Origin: the human T2T-CHM13v2.0 reference genome, Homo sapiens
Length of the DNA: 64,000 nucleotides
Assembly: GCF_009914755.1 (NCBI RefSeq)
Contig: NC_060947.1
Reading direction: 5' to 3' (one strand)
Within the stretch, counting starts at the first letter, position 1. Each line of letters starts with the position of its first letter. Of this stretch, positions 1 through 19,170 are shown piece after piece. The notes under the pieces are model-generated. The model was not told the origin of the DNA, did not search any database, and saw only the letters and a list, made by a program, of their open reading frames with translations. The position numbers and the translations under genes are program-made.

Positions 1-741
1 TTTACTAGCTTCTATTTCAAATAAAATTCTGTGTTAAGTGTTTTGTATACCTTTATGTTTTTCACAAAAGGCCTTTGAAGAAGACATAATTATTTATAAT
101 TTATATACTAATAAATTCAGGTAAAATTATGTTAAATTACTGTTTAAGTAATTGGGATTAGAATCCAGATCCATCTTAAGTCAAATCACTGCCCTTTACA
201 AAATATGATACTATACTGCTTTAAAAAGTCAATTTATAGTATTATAAGCCATGCTGATGAAATGAAGACCTAATATAATCAGTTTCACAACTGATTTAAA
301 TGAGACTATAAATAACAATTGTATAACTTTACATGATTTTAAATACTACATTATTAGAGTCAATATTGTCTAGTTTTCAGTATCTAAATCCATGAAAATA
401 TATAGTGAGAGTCGCTTACTTATGTCCGCTTTTCACACGTGAAATGACCACTTGCATCAGATATGAAGTGATTCTTAATAACGTTTGAAAACATTCTTAC
501 TAACATTTGAAAATATTTGCTCAAGACGCATATATTCAGCTGCTTATGTGCCACTTCTACGTTCCTTATCTGTTATAAAACTTATAACTATTTGTTACTG
601 TTCAATCTCACAAAATACAGAACTCAAAGGATGGAAAGCAAAATCCAGGAAATGGATACAGCTGTAGATGTGCTAACATAGCAGGTAGAGGGCTCCAGAA
701 AGAGCAAATATTTTCTATTGGGGAGGAGAGATTCTCACTTT

Positions 742-822
742 AAGACATGGTTGCTCAGAGCGAGGATCACTGAGGAAAAAAGAAAAATAAATAAATAATA
801 AAAATAAATAAAACATGGTTGC
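742..822 (+). mobile_element. Tiny L1-mediated retroposed insert: 21-nt body plus A-rich tail, flanked by 13-bp TSD
   Basis: aagacatggttgc (742-754), body tcagagcgaggatcactgagg (755-775), A-rich tail 776-809, aaaacatggttgc (810-822). The left site reads TT/AAGA, matching the L1 endonuclease consensus. Confidence 0.7.
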
Positions 823-1059
823 ATGATTCAGAAGCATTTCTAGTTTTTTGTTCCTCTTTTTCCTCTAATTTATCCCTCCAGTCACTTGTGGTAATAGTGA
901 TGTTGCTTTAATGATGTGTAAATGGCCCCAGAGAGCTTCCTTATGAAATGACAATGAAGTTTTTCTTAAATCTAGACTTCCTTTGGCTTCAGGTTTTCCC
1001 ATATCCAATAATCAGAATAATCATCATTTACCAACTTCATGAGGTACACACCTTCTGAA

Positions 1060-1450
1060 TCAGTCAGGACTTTTACTGTTGTAAGCAACAGAAAACAATT
1101 CAAATTCTTTAAACAAACAAAAAATAAATTATTGGTTCATGTAAAGGAAAGTCTAAAGGTAGGATGAGCCTCAGCTGTGATTTGGTCAGTGATGCTCTCA
1201 GCTCTGGCCCTTTTGGTGCGCTGCCTTTGTCCTCAGGCTGGCTTACTTTGGTGGTGAGATAACTACTGCAATTTCAGGCTTCACAATGCATAGCATGCTT
1301 TCCAGAACAACAACAACAAAAATACTCTTCTGTCACAGCATTTTACCCTGATTGAGCCACCTTAGGTTACATGCCCTGAACAAAGCATTCTAGACAGAGG
1401 GTAGAAAAATTGTGATTGACTTAAACTGAAGATGGGATCTGCTTTGCTGA
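1060..1450 (-). mobile_element. Old MaLR LTR fragment (MLT1K/L-like)
   Basis: tcagtcaggacttttactgttgtaagcaacagaaaac...attattggttcatgtaaaggaaagtc resembles the MLT1K/L terminus. Boundaries approximate. Confidence 0.55.
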
Positions 1451-1684
1451 AAGCAGAAAAACTTCATGAGGAATGAGTTTGGGTCCAGAAATCTGTATTC
1501 TGAGTCCTGTTTTACTGATTCAAACTGGGTGTCTTTGTATTTCCTAGTAATGCATTCAACCATACTCGAGCTGTCTGGTATGAAAGTCAACCTCATATAG
1601 GATTCTAGTTTTATATATGTTTACCTTCTTGATTACATTCCTATCCAGGTTGATTTTTCATTGAAAATTTCCCTCAAACTATAG

Positions 1685-1800
1685 AATGCCATCATTTGAG
1701 GCACCAAACATCCAATGACTTCAATCAAAATCATCATAGTCAAAACTACAACAAGATGACACTCTTTCTTTTTTTACTTTCATTCTTGCTTGGCATCTAA
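1685..1800 (+). CDS. Candidate terminal coding exon, copy 1: (x)CHHLRHQTSNDFNQNHHSQNYNKMTLFLFLLSFLLGI*, with a hydrophobic GPI-signal-like tail
   Basis: Acceptor ...tttccctcaaactatag| at 1684, with an open frame to TAA 1798-1800. The paralogous copy at 2660 keeps the acceptor and frame, with several synonymous changes and a 12-nt in-frame indel. No upstream exons identified. Confidence 0.4.
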
Positions 1801-2659
1801 CTTCTGTTGTAATGACCTTTCTCAAAAACCAAACATCCTCCAACACCCAACAGAAAAATCAGTCATTTTTTTTTGTTTTTAGGAATAATTGTTTTCTGGA
1901 TCCTTTCTGCAATAACAATGAAGAAAAAAGGTTTTGATTGCAAGGTAATCACATATGTTATGGTTGCTTTAAAAAGGACATGAAAGATAGCTTTTGTGAG
2001 AGTCCTTCATAAAGATATTGCCTTTTCTATTTATTTTAAAATAATACTGGTTGTTTATAATTGAATTTTAGCATGATCAGAATGGTGTAAATAAGGTAAT
2101 ATGTATCTCTACCCTTCTTTTTAACTGCAATGTTGTAATCCATTTAAAAATTGGGCTACTTCATTTTACAGTATTTAAAAAGTGATTGTAGTATAGGCAG
2201 AAGATCATCTAATATAAATTCAACACTCCAGTTTAGGGATATAGAATGACTAATTTGTGTCATATAAGGGGCCTTAAAGAATAACTAGTCATGATGAAAA
2301 TAAACAAGAAGGATAAGTAAATAAGAGCATTATTATGCAGACATTTATGAACCATTAAGCATAATCATAGCTAAGGAAATAGCTTTCTGTTTGCTAGAGA
2401 TAACCACTCTGAACTAGGATACATAATACTTTCAATGACTAATACAAGAATATTTATATTACAAGCAGAGTGAAATGCAATATCTATGTACAATATGATA
2501 TGAGAAGCAAATAATAACAATGTCTTTTACTAATGGACTTCTGATTAATCAAAAAAGATGATTGAATAATAATCTTTAAAGATATATTCTAAGGATACAC
2601 ATTTCAAAAGTATATTTTATAAAATGTGTTTTTTCATTGAAAAATCTCAACGTTTACAG

Positions 2660-2796
2660 ACTGTCACCATTTCATGCACCAAATACCCAATGACTTCAAT
2701 CAGAATCATCATAGTCAAAACTGTAGTAGGATGACTCTCATTCTTTTTTTTCTTGACATTAAATTTAATGACTATCAACTCAAAGGCAATAAATAA
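2660..2796 (+). CDS. Candidate terminal coding exon, copy 2: (x)CHHFMHQIPNDFNQNHHSQNCSRMTLILFFLDIKFNDYQLKGNK*
   Basis: Acceptor ...ctcaacgtttacag| at 2659 aligns with the copy 1 acceptor (offset 975). 44/47 nt are identical over 2676-2722 vs 1701-1747. The copy 1 TAA corresponds to AAA here. AATAAA at 2788-2793. Confidence 0.3.
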
Positions 2797-3619
2797 TCAT
2801 ACTGTATGTAGCTACAAAATATAGACAATATGTAAAGATATACTAATTTTGAAATTATTTTGCATATTTATTATGTCTATATAAAATGTGCAAATATGTT
2901 TAAAATGCAACACTAAATATAACCATGAATGGATTTATTTTTGAGAACAACAATGATCTTAGTAGCACTATCCTTTAAGAGAATAACATGCTAAAAGAAC
3001 TATATCCAGATTTAAAAATATAACAATCATAATAACTTTACATTACTTTGTTTTTTAAAAAGTAATGAGCTATTTCTAGACAGTAAAGAGTTTTTCATAG
3101 TATTTATTAATTAAAATTTTTCCCACCAAAGGCATCCTGAATAATTTTATTTAATGGGAATTTAACCAAGTAAATGATGACAAAATATAACTCATTCAGA
3201 AATGGAATTATTATTTAAGTTCACAAGAAGTACATAATGATCATTTCCACTCTTATCTCCTAGTCATCCAAACAAATGAGAGTCCATTTAAAGGTGGTCA
3301 CCTTGTTAATCTGGTGTCAGAGAAAATTTTTTCCTGAAAAAAATTCTGCTTTGGGCAGAATGCTGTACATTGACACAAATAAAACATTTTAATTGATGAA
3401 ACTGACTATGTTTTAACACTACAGTTTTACTTGGTAAATATGTAACCTCTCAAGAGAAATAGTCTGAGGTTTTTAAGGATACTTTTAGTTTACTGCATCT
3501 TTCAAAATATTTGTACTAAAACCTAAACATTAACCTGACACGTCAGAATACTTACAAGAACTTGTGATATGAGACAATGACGGAAAATAGATGTCTTAAA
3601 TAAAGAGGAACTTTTAAAC

Positions 3620-3990
3620 TTAATCATTAGTTCAACGGTATTTCTGGAGTACTTGATAGATGCCAAGCTGTATTAATGATACAGAACTATCATCATCGTC
3701 ATCATGATCATCATCATAGCTAACATTTATCGTGTCTTTATATATACAAGTACTCTGCTGTAGGTTTTGTTGTTGTTATTATGTCTGGTTTTTTCTTATT
3801 TCATTTAATCTTTTATTTTCTCCCCTATCTGTATAAAAGATAATACTTAGATTATTAATAGGTTTTACTATTATTATAGAAAATTCAGAAATAACTTGTT
3901 CACAGCTATATAGTAATTGCTGAAGCCTTTATTTAAATCCAGGAAATGTTATTCCAAAGCATGATATTTGAACTACTAAACTACAGTTGC
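3620..3990. mobile_element. Degenerate L2 end and MIR fragment
   Basis: tcattagttcaac...gagtacttgatagatgccaagc (L2-like). atagctaacatttat...aaataacttgttcacagc...tttaaatccagg (MIR core-like). Confidence 0.45.
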
Positions 3991-4314
3991 TTATTACCAA
4001 GAATCCTACAATCTATATGGGAGACAGTACATACACACACCCGCTTGCTTGAATTTAAGGTTTTTTTTTCTATCCTATAATACTCCTACTCAAGCAGTTG
4101 CTGATACCTAGAATATATATCTCAAAGCTGTCTACTTCTCTGTGTCTCCACCACCATCATCCTGACCAAACGATCTCTATCTGATCTACTGACATAGACT
4201 TATAACTAGTGTCCTTGTTTCTACCTGTGTCTTTTTAGCCCAAAAGTCAGCATCTTATTTAATGAGAAAACACTAGAGTCATTCCAACTAAAATACAAAA
4301 TAATGCAAAGATGT

Positions 4315-4691
4315 TGATATGGTTTGGCTGTGTCCCCATCCAAATCTCATCTTGAATTGTAGTTCCCATGATCCCCATGTGTCATGGGAGGGCCCTGGTA
4401 GCAAGTAATTGAATCATGGAGATGCTAACCCGCATGCTGCACTTCTCATGATAGTGAGTGAGCTCTCAGAAGATCTGATGGTTTTATGAGGGACTTTTCC
4501 CCCTTTTTGCTCTGTACTTCTCTCTCCTGCTGCCATATGAAGGACATGTTTTCTTCCCCTTCTGCCAAGATTGTAAGTTTCCTGAGGCCTCCCCAGCCAT
4601 GCAGAACTGTGAGCCAATTAAAACTCTTTTCTATATAAATTACCCAGTCTCGGGTATGTATTTATTAGTAGGGTGAGAAGAGACTAATACA
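4315..4691 (+). mobile_element. Solo THE1 (THE1C/D-like) MaLR LTR
   Basis: Starts tgatatggtttggctgtgtcccc and ends gactaataca. Degenerate 5-bp TSD gatgt/aatgc. Splits the host L1 ORF2 sequence. Confidence 0.92.
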
Positions 4692-6788
4692 AATGCTCAC
4701 TATCTCCTCTATTCTTCAGTATTGGACAGAGATATCACTCAATGCAATTAGAAAACATAAATTAATTAAAGGTAGTGAGAACTACAAGAATAAAAACTAT
4801 GATATGATAGTATATCTGAAAAAAAATTAGAGATTCAAAACTAAAAGTAACAAAATAATTCAGTAAGGTAGCAAGATGTAAAATCATTATACAGAAATCA
4901 ATAGGCTTTACAAATAAAAACAATAATAGCTAGAAAATGTAATGGTATAAAAATCCCCATTTACAGGAAAAACAAAAATATGAAACACCTAAGAATAGGA
5001 TTAATAGAAAATGTGGAAAGCCTATATGAGGAAAATTTTAAAATACTCTTGAAAGATACAATGAAATACCTCAAACAAAGAGATAAAGATTCCTTTTTCT
5101 TGGATAGGTTGACTCTATATGATAAAACGTCAGTTCTCTCTATAAGTTCCTTTATATATTTAGAACAATCCCAATACAAATATCAGCAATTTTTTTCGTG
5201 GATCCAAACATGTTGATACTAAAGTTTATATGGAAAAACAAAATCAAAATATCAACAGTAAACACTGAAAATAGAAACTTACAAGGTAAGATCAGCCTAC
5301 CATACATTAAGTCATATCATAGATTTCTATTATTAAACCCGTACAGTATTCATGCATGAATAGACCAACAATCCAGTGCAATAGAATAGGGTGTCCAGAA
5401 ATAGACCAAAGTACACATGGAAATTTAGTATATAATAATGTAGGCATCTCAAATCACTGGGATAAAGATAGACTTTTTTTTAATGGTGTGGGAACAACCA
5501 GTCAGCCATTTTAGAAGAAGACAAAAAGTCTATTTCCGAATAACAAATTCCGAATGGATCAGGGGTTTAAATATAAAAAATAAAACTATACAGGTACTAG
5601 AATAAAATCTGAATATAGGGAAAAAATGTCCACCTATGACTCAAATCCAGACTGAATAAAAGAAAAGATCAATAAATTTGTTAATACAAAAATTTTAAAG
5701 CCATCAAAAATCTCCAGGCCCAGAATCAAAGGATAACTCACAAACTAGGAGAAAATTTTCAACATATATCACAATTAAAGGGCTAATAGCTCTACCTTTA
5801 TAACAACTCCTAAAAGTTGAAGAAAAAATCCAAAAATCCAATTGAAAATGGGCAAAAGTCATGAATAGACAAGTCACTATATCTATATCTATAACTATCT
5901 CTCTCTCTATATATATATATATACATATATACATACATCCCTTAAACATATGAACAGAAGTTCAACCTTATTCATCATTACAGAAATGCAAATTATAAGT
6001 ACATTGTTATATTATACTTCACCTACGTGACTGGCAAAAATTATAAATTACAACAATACATTTTACCGGTGAACTGTAGGAAAACCATCATTCTCATATA
6101 TTGTGGGTGGGAATGCAAACTCATCCAACATCTATGGAAGGGAACTCAGTAATGTCTAATGAGCGCTACATATGCATTTATCTTCTGATCCAGCAACCCA
6201 ACATCTAGAACTTTACCCTGAAGATATAATTCCGGAAACAGGAAAATGCATATGCATAAGGTTCTTCCTTGCAGTGTTGTATGCAACTGTAAAATATTGG
6301 AAACAATCTAAATGGCTATACCTAGAAAACTATGGCAGAGCCACATAATAGAATATTATGTAAAGTGCAAAGGTATGCTAGTTTTTGCTTAAGGAAAAGG
6401 GGGAAATAAAACAATGTATATCTACTCAGTTACACCAAAGGAAACATAAGAAGGACAAATCGGAAACAAATGAGATTTGTTACCTCTAGATAGTGCATGA
6501 GAATGAAGTGGAAAGGGTGGGAGAGTGAGAATGGGATAGAAGATAACACTTCTCTCCCATGTAGTTTTGCTTACAGCTCTGAAATCATATCAACATTTCA
6601 CATATTTAGAAAGTAAAACCAATCAGGATGGGGAAAATAAAAACAAAAGGAAATATAAACAAACAGAATAAAAGAGAACTTACTGGTATTTCAAATAAAT
6701 AACATCCTCAGACTGAAGGGGAGCAAAAAGAAAAATAACCCAATTAACCTATTAACATAGTATTTTGGCTATACACCTCTGGGCTGTA

Positions 6789-6789
<1 letters not shown>

Positions 6790-6829
<40 letters not shown>
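6790..6829 (+). repeat. (AC)20 microsatellite
   Basis: Direct reading. Confidence 0.97.
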
Positions 6830-6831
<2 letters not shown>

Positions 6832-6886
6832 GACACTAAGTTAAAAGGGTTGTTGTTTTTCCCAGTGCTATGGGTTAACAATTCTC

Positions 6887-6890
<4 letters not shown>

Positions 6891-6932
<42 letters not shown>
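6891..6932 (+). repeat. (TG)21 microsatellite
   Basis: Direct reading. Confidence 0.97.
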
Positions 6933-6935
<3 letters not shown>

Positions 6936-7809
6936 CTTGTGTGTGTATCTTGTAGGATTGAGCAACAAGTGGAATGTATTGCAGAGAAATGGAGATAGAT
7001 TTGTTACTTTTGGAGAAGTGAGTTACAAATCTGGAAAGAGTGGAGGTTAGAATGAGTTTTGTGGTTTTATATCAGAATTGGAGACAACAGTATGAACTCA
7101 TGGTTTTTCAGATAGATAGGTAGGCACATATGCATATATGTGTGTGCGCACACACACACACACACACACACACACTTTCTAGGTCTATCAGGAGGACCTA
7201 AAGCAATGGCACCCCAGAAGCAATGAGTACCTAGTGTCCAAATGTTGGTCTCTAAATATTAGTTTCCAAGACTTCTTAATGCAGGACGATTTGAGCATTA
7301 AATAAATAATGACAACAAGGATTAATAACCCATAGATTAAAATAAGAATACTTATATACAAAAATGAATAAATGGATGAGTAGGGAAAGCTGTTATTGAA
7401 ATAGTAAATGACAATTAGTAAGTGCAAAAGGAATTATAGATTTATAAAATTACTAATAGCATTTGTCTCCACCTTTGGAAGTAATAATTCAGACAAGAAT
7501 CATCAATGGATTATAAATCTAGTGGGTGCATGTTTAATGAAAACCAGCATATTAAATCATCTTAAAGTATCTCTCCAAAATATTGATTACAAAAACTATA
7601 GCAACTTCAGAATTGGGAAACTTGCCTGATACCGTCATATCCAAGTTACCAAGGTTAACATCATTTCTAATGGTGCCATCTGATAGGATGCATTGAAACA
7701 CATAATAACACTTCTCTGGTATTCCCGCCAAAGATGCATAAACCGAATATAATCATGAGGAAACAACAAACACACCCAAACTGAGAGACAAAATGACTGG
7801 CTAACATTC

Positions 7810-8769
7810 TTTTTTTTTTTTTTTTTTTTGAGGTATGTTTTATTTTATTTTATTTTTTTTTTGCATTGTGGGTTTATTTATTTATTTATTTATTTACTTA
7901 TTTATTTATTTATTTTATTGATCATTCTTGGGTGTTTCTCACAGAGGGGGATTTGGCAGGGTCATAGGACAATAGTAGAGGGAAGGTCAGCAGATAAACA
8001 AGTGAACAAAGGTCTCTGGTTTTCCTAGGCGGAGGACCCTGCGGCCTTCCGCAGTGTTTGTGTCCCTGGGTACTTGAGATTAGGGAGTGGTGATGATTCT
8101 TAAAGAGCATGCTGCCTTCAAGCATCTGTTTAACAAAGCACCTCTTACACCGCCCTTAATCCATTTAACCCTGAGTGGACACAGCACATGTTTCAGAGAG
8201 CACAGGGTTGGGGGTAAGGTCACAGATCAACAGGATCCCAAGGCTGAAGAATTTTTCTTAGTACAGAACAAAATGAAAAGTTTCCCATGTCTACTTCTTT
8301 CTAGACAGACACGGCAACCATCCGATTTCTCAATCTTTTCCCCACATTCCCCCCTTTCTATTCCACAAAACCGCCATTGTCATCATGGCCCGTTCTCAAT
8401 GAGCTGTTGGGTACACCTCCCAGACGGGGTGGCGGCCGGGCAGAGGGGTTCCTCACTTCCTAGTAGGGGTGGCTGGGCAGAGGTGCCCCTCACCTCCCGG
8501 ACGGGATGGCTGGCTGGGCAGGGGGCTGACCCCCCCACCTCCCTCCCGGACGGGGTGGCTGGCCGGGCGGGGGGCTGACCCCCCCACCTCCCTCCCGGAC
8601 TGGGTGGCTGCCGGGCGGAGACGCTCCTCACTTCCCAGACGGGGTGGTTGCTGGGCGGAGGGGCTCCTCACTTCTCAGACGGGGTGGCTGCCAGGCAGAG
8701 GGGCTCCTCACTTCTCAGATGGGGAGGTTGCCAGGCAGAGGGTCTCCTCACTTCTCAGACGGGGTGGCC
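7810..8769 (-). mobile_element. 5'-truncated SVA (SVA_D-like): partial VNTR, SINE-R and composite poly(A) tail
   Basis: SINE-R end ttattgatcattcttgggtgtttctc..., VNTR units gggctcctcacttctcagacggggtggc at 8420-8769, poly(T) 7810-7829. Confidence 0.96.
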
Positions 8770-9857
8770 AAAAATATCAAGATGATGGAAAACCTGGGAC
8801 AAAATGTCTTCACCATGACTGAAGAACACTTTTTGAGTAAAGAGAACTAGAGAGACAATTAAATGCAATGTGTGATGCTGGATTGGTGTTTTTTTTTTTT
8901 CTGCTGCTGTAAATATCATTGGCGAAATTTTAATAAGGTTTAAAGATTAGACACCAGCATTGTATCAGCATTTATTTCCTGATTTTGGCAATTCTACTGT
9001 GGTTATTTAAGTGAATGTCTTTCTTTTTAAGAAATAAACACTGTAGTATTTAGGAGTCAGAGGGGATCCTGTCCATTTATCATCAAACAAATTTTAAAAA
9101 GACAGTATGTATCTACAGAGAGAATGATCAAGTAAAATTTGGTATTATGTTAACATTCAAAAAATTTGGGTGAATGACTATTCAGACATCTTTGGTACTA
9201 TTCTCACAACTTTTCTGTGAATATAAAATATTTAAAAGTTGAAAGTTAAAAAGAAAAATATATTGTATTTAAAATGGAGTAATAGATAAAAATGGCAAAA
9301 TGTTGATATTTGATGACAGCTGATAGCTTCATGTGTATCATTAGATTGTTCCCTTTTGTGTATATTTGAAGTTTTCAATAATAAAATATTATAAAAGCCT
9401 ATAATTAATTGGATTCAGAAGTCTCAACTAACTAAAGTATGGAAAAACATGTAGAACTTTTTTTTCCAGAAACGGATACCTACTTTTCTCTGCAGCATCT
9501 ACTGCCTTTTGGGTACTGGGGGATAATTTATTCTAATTTCATAACTTCTCAGACATTTTTATTATTAAACGACTCTAATTTCAGGTTAATGTTTAATAAC
9601 TTTAGGTATTATCATCTATCATCATTACTTCAACTTCCTCTTCCTTCCTCAGATCTCTCTACAACTGCATTAGTCATCCGATCAGGGATGTTGAAAGCAT
9701 GTAACCTGTTTTTCCTCATCTCTCTCTTCCTCCTCATTCCTCCCCTATTCTTTGTCCACCTTGCAAGCAATGGCTGTGGAGAAGGTATATAATTGCTTAG
9801 GAGATTATCTGTATCCAGTGATCACATAAGCTATTTCAAAATACAATTAAGACTTGT

Positions 9858-17596
<7,739 letters not shown>

Positions 17597-17754
17597 TAAG
17601 ACTTGTTAAAATTAAAAACACAGAAGACAATGTAAATGGTATAACCCTTAACAATGTAAAAATAATCATTTAAATAACAAATTAGGTAAGAGGAGGCAAG
17701 CTTACAGGTAGACAAGAGAAGTGGCCTAAGATTAAACCTCATTGAATTTTTTAA

Positions 17755-18429
17755 AACGAAATAAAGAAAAACTTCAAAATCTCAGGTTCCCCCAAACTTC
17801 TTATGCAAAAGGGAGGATGATTGCAACACTCTCTTCCAAATGTATGGCTGTTACTAACATTATGCATCAGTCAGATTGCCATGGAAAGGTAAAAGACCTC
17901 AGGCATCTGGGATCAGGCTTCCTTGATCATTCATAAGTAAGTTATTGGCTGGCCTCTCAGAAACAAAGACATGCTAATTTTAAGTTTAGATCTAAGTGTA
18001 GCTCTTAAAACTAAAGTCTGTTCCATTCCACACTGACAATGTCATTACGGTTTTGTCTTCCCAGGTAATAGAACAAAGTCAGGACTCATTCCTCTGCCTA
18101 CCAGAGACGTCTGCATAATTGACTTTCTTTACTCCCCTTTTCTTATCAGACATTCACTTTAACTTACGGAAAATGTAGATTTAGTGGGCACTAACTAAAG
18201 TCTCACAAGAATGTAAGTATTTACCTAACTGGCTACCTGTCCCTCTTTCTACATGCCGCCCCTCGTCCCCTTAATGAAATGTATAAATACTAAACCTCCT
18301 GAAAAACCTCTTCGGGAAAACAGCCACAGATACATCTGTGGCTCATGTTTTTCCCAGTTGTGCCCTAAAAGTCGCTTAATAAACCTTGATGATTAAGAAT
18401 TAAGCTTCAGTTACTCATTTTGTTTGTCA
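17755..18429 (+). mobile_element. ERV1 MER4-group solo LTR (exact family uncertain)
   Basis: aaaatctcaggttcccccaaacttcttatgcaaaaggga start motif, TATA-like tgtataaata, aataaa near 18378, ends tgtca. Confidence 0.7.
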
Positions 18430-18443
18430 AAGACAAAACCCAA

Positions 18444-19170
18444 TGAAATCGTCTTTGCAAAAATTCAAATAGTGAGAAAATTATGACAGTGAAAGAGAAC
18501 TGACCTAACCAACTCCATCTTGCCTTTAACCCTAAACTGCCCTTGTTCATTGCTGTTCTTGGACTGAGGTAACTATAGAAAGAATTTAGTTTTCACTTTA
18601 ACTTTGAAACAAAGATGACAACAGCCCTTTTCTGAAATAAACTGCCTTCTTGCCTGGGGACAAAACGACCTTTGTAAGACTTACAAATTAGCCACAAGAT
18701 TAGAAATTATGGTTTAGGAGTTATACAACCAGAGGCCATGAGATTCTGAACCACCCCAGTTGCTCCTAGTGATAACATCACTATGGTAAAACCTAAGATT
18801 GGTGTTCGAGATATTTTCCAGACCCTGCATTCTGATGCATCACCTGGTGCCACCCAGACCGGTAATGTGGTTAAGCTAGTTATGCGATTCTACCAAGGAA
18901 CAGAAGCCAGCAAGATGAACCAGCTCTGACCTCCTATGATGTCACCTCTGACCTGACCAATCAGGTCACTGAGGTCCTCACTGCCTAACCCCTTCTCAGT
19001 CTTTAAAAAACTCAGTCTCTGAATTTTCGGACAGACTGATTTGAGCAGTAGAACTCCTCTTATTTAGACACCTCTGCATGCATTAAACTCTTTCTCTATT
19101 CCAATTCCCCTGTCTTGATAAATTGGCTCTGTTTGGGCTGCGGGCAAGATGAATCTGTCAGGTAGTTACA
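18444..19170 (+). mobile_element. LTR8A-like ERV1 solo LTR
   Basis: tgaaatcgtctttgcaaaaatt...ggtagttaca, with 4-bp TSD ccaa on both sides. Confidence 0.9.

Larger units (their letters stand above)
4255..9400 (+). mobile_element. Ancient L1M (L1MC3/4-like) ORF2 3' part and long 3' UTR, interrupted by THE1, microsatellites and SVA
   Basis: Decayed ORF2 motifs: LE-FP-K...CPLSPL across the THE1 site, and the 4980-5216 ORF resembles ORF2. L1MC-type UTR motifs ggaggacctaaagcaatggcaccccagaagcaatgag and aatcatgaggaaac...cccaaactgagagac continue after 8770. Confidence 0.75.

Noticed and set aside
1654-1775. The duplicated unit as a box C/D snoRNA pair on the minus strand (ATGATGA)
   Set aside because: There is no correctly placed terminal box D or stem, and the exon interpretation fits better.
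8420-8769. Repeat array resembling CRISPR
   Set aside because: SVA VNTR with contiguous units and no unique spacers, in a primate genome.
8087-8850. Several overlapping ORFs of 68-163 aa
   Set aside because: These are chance frames in the SVA SINE-R and GC-rich VNTR.
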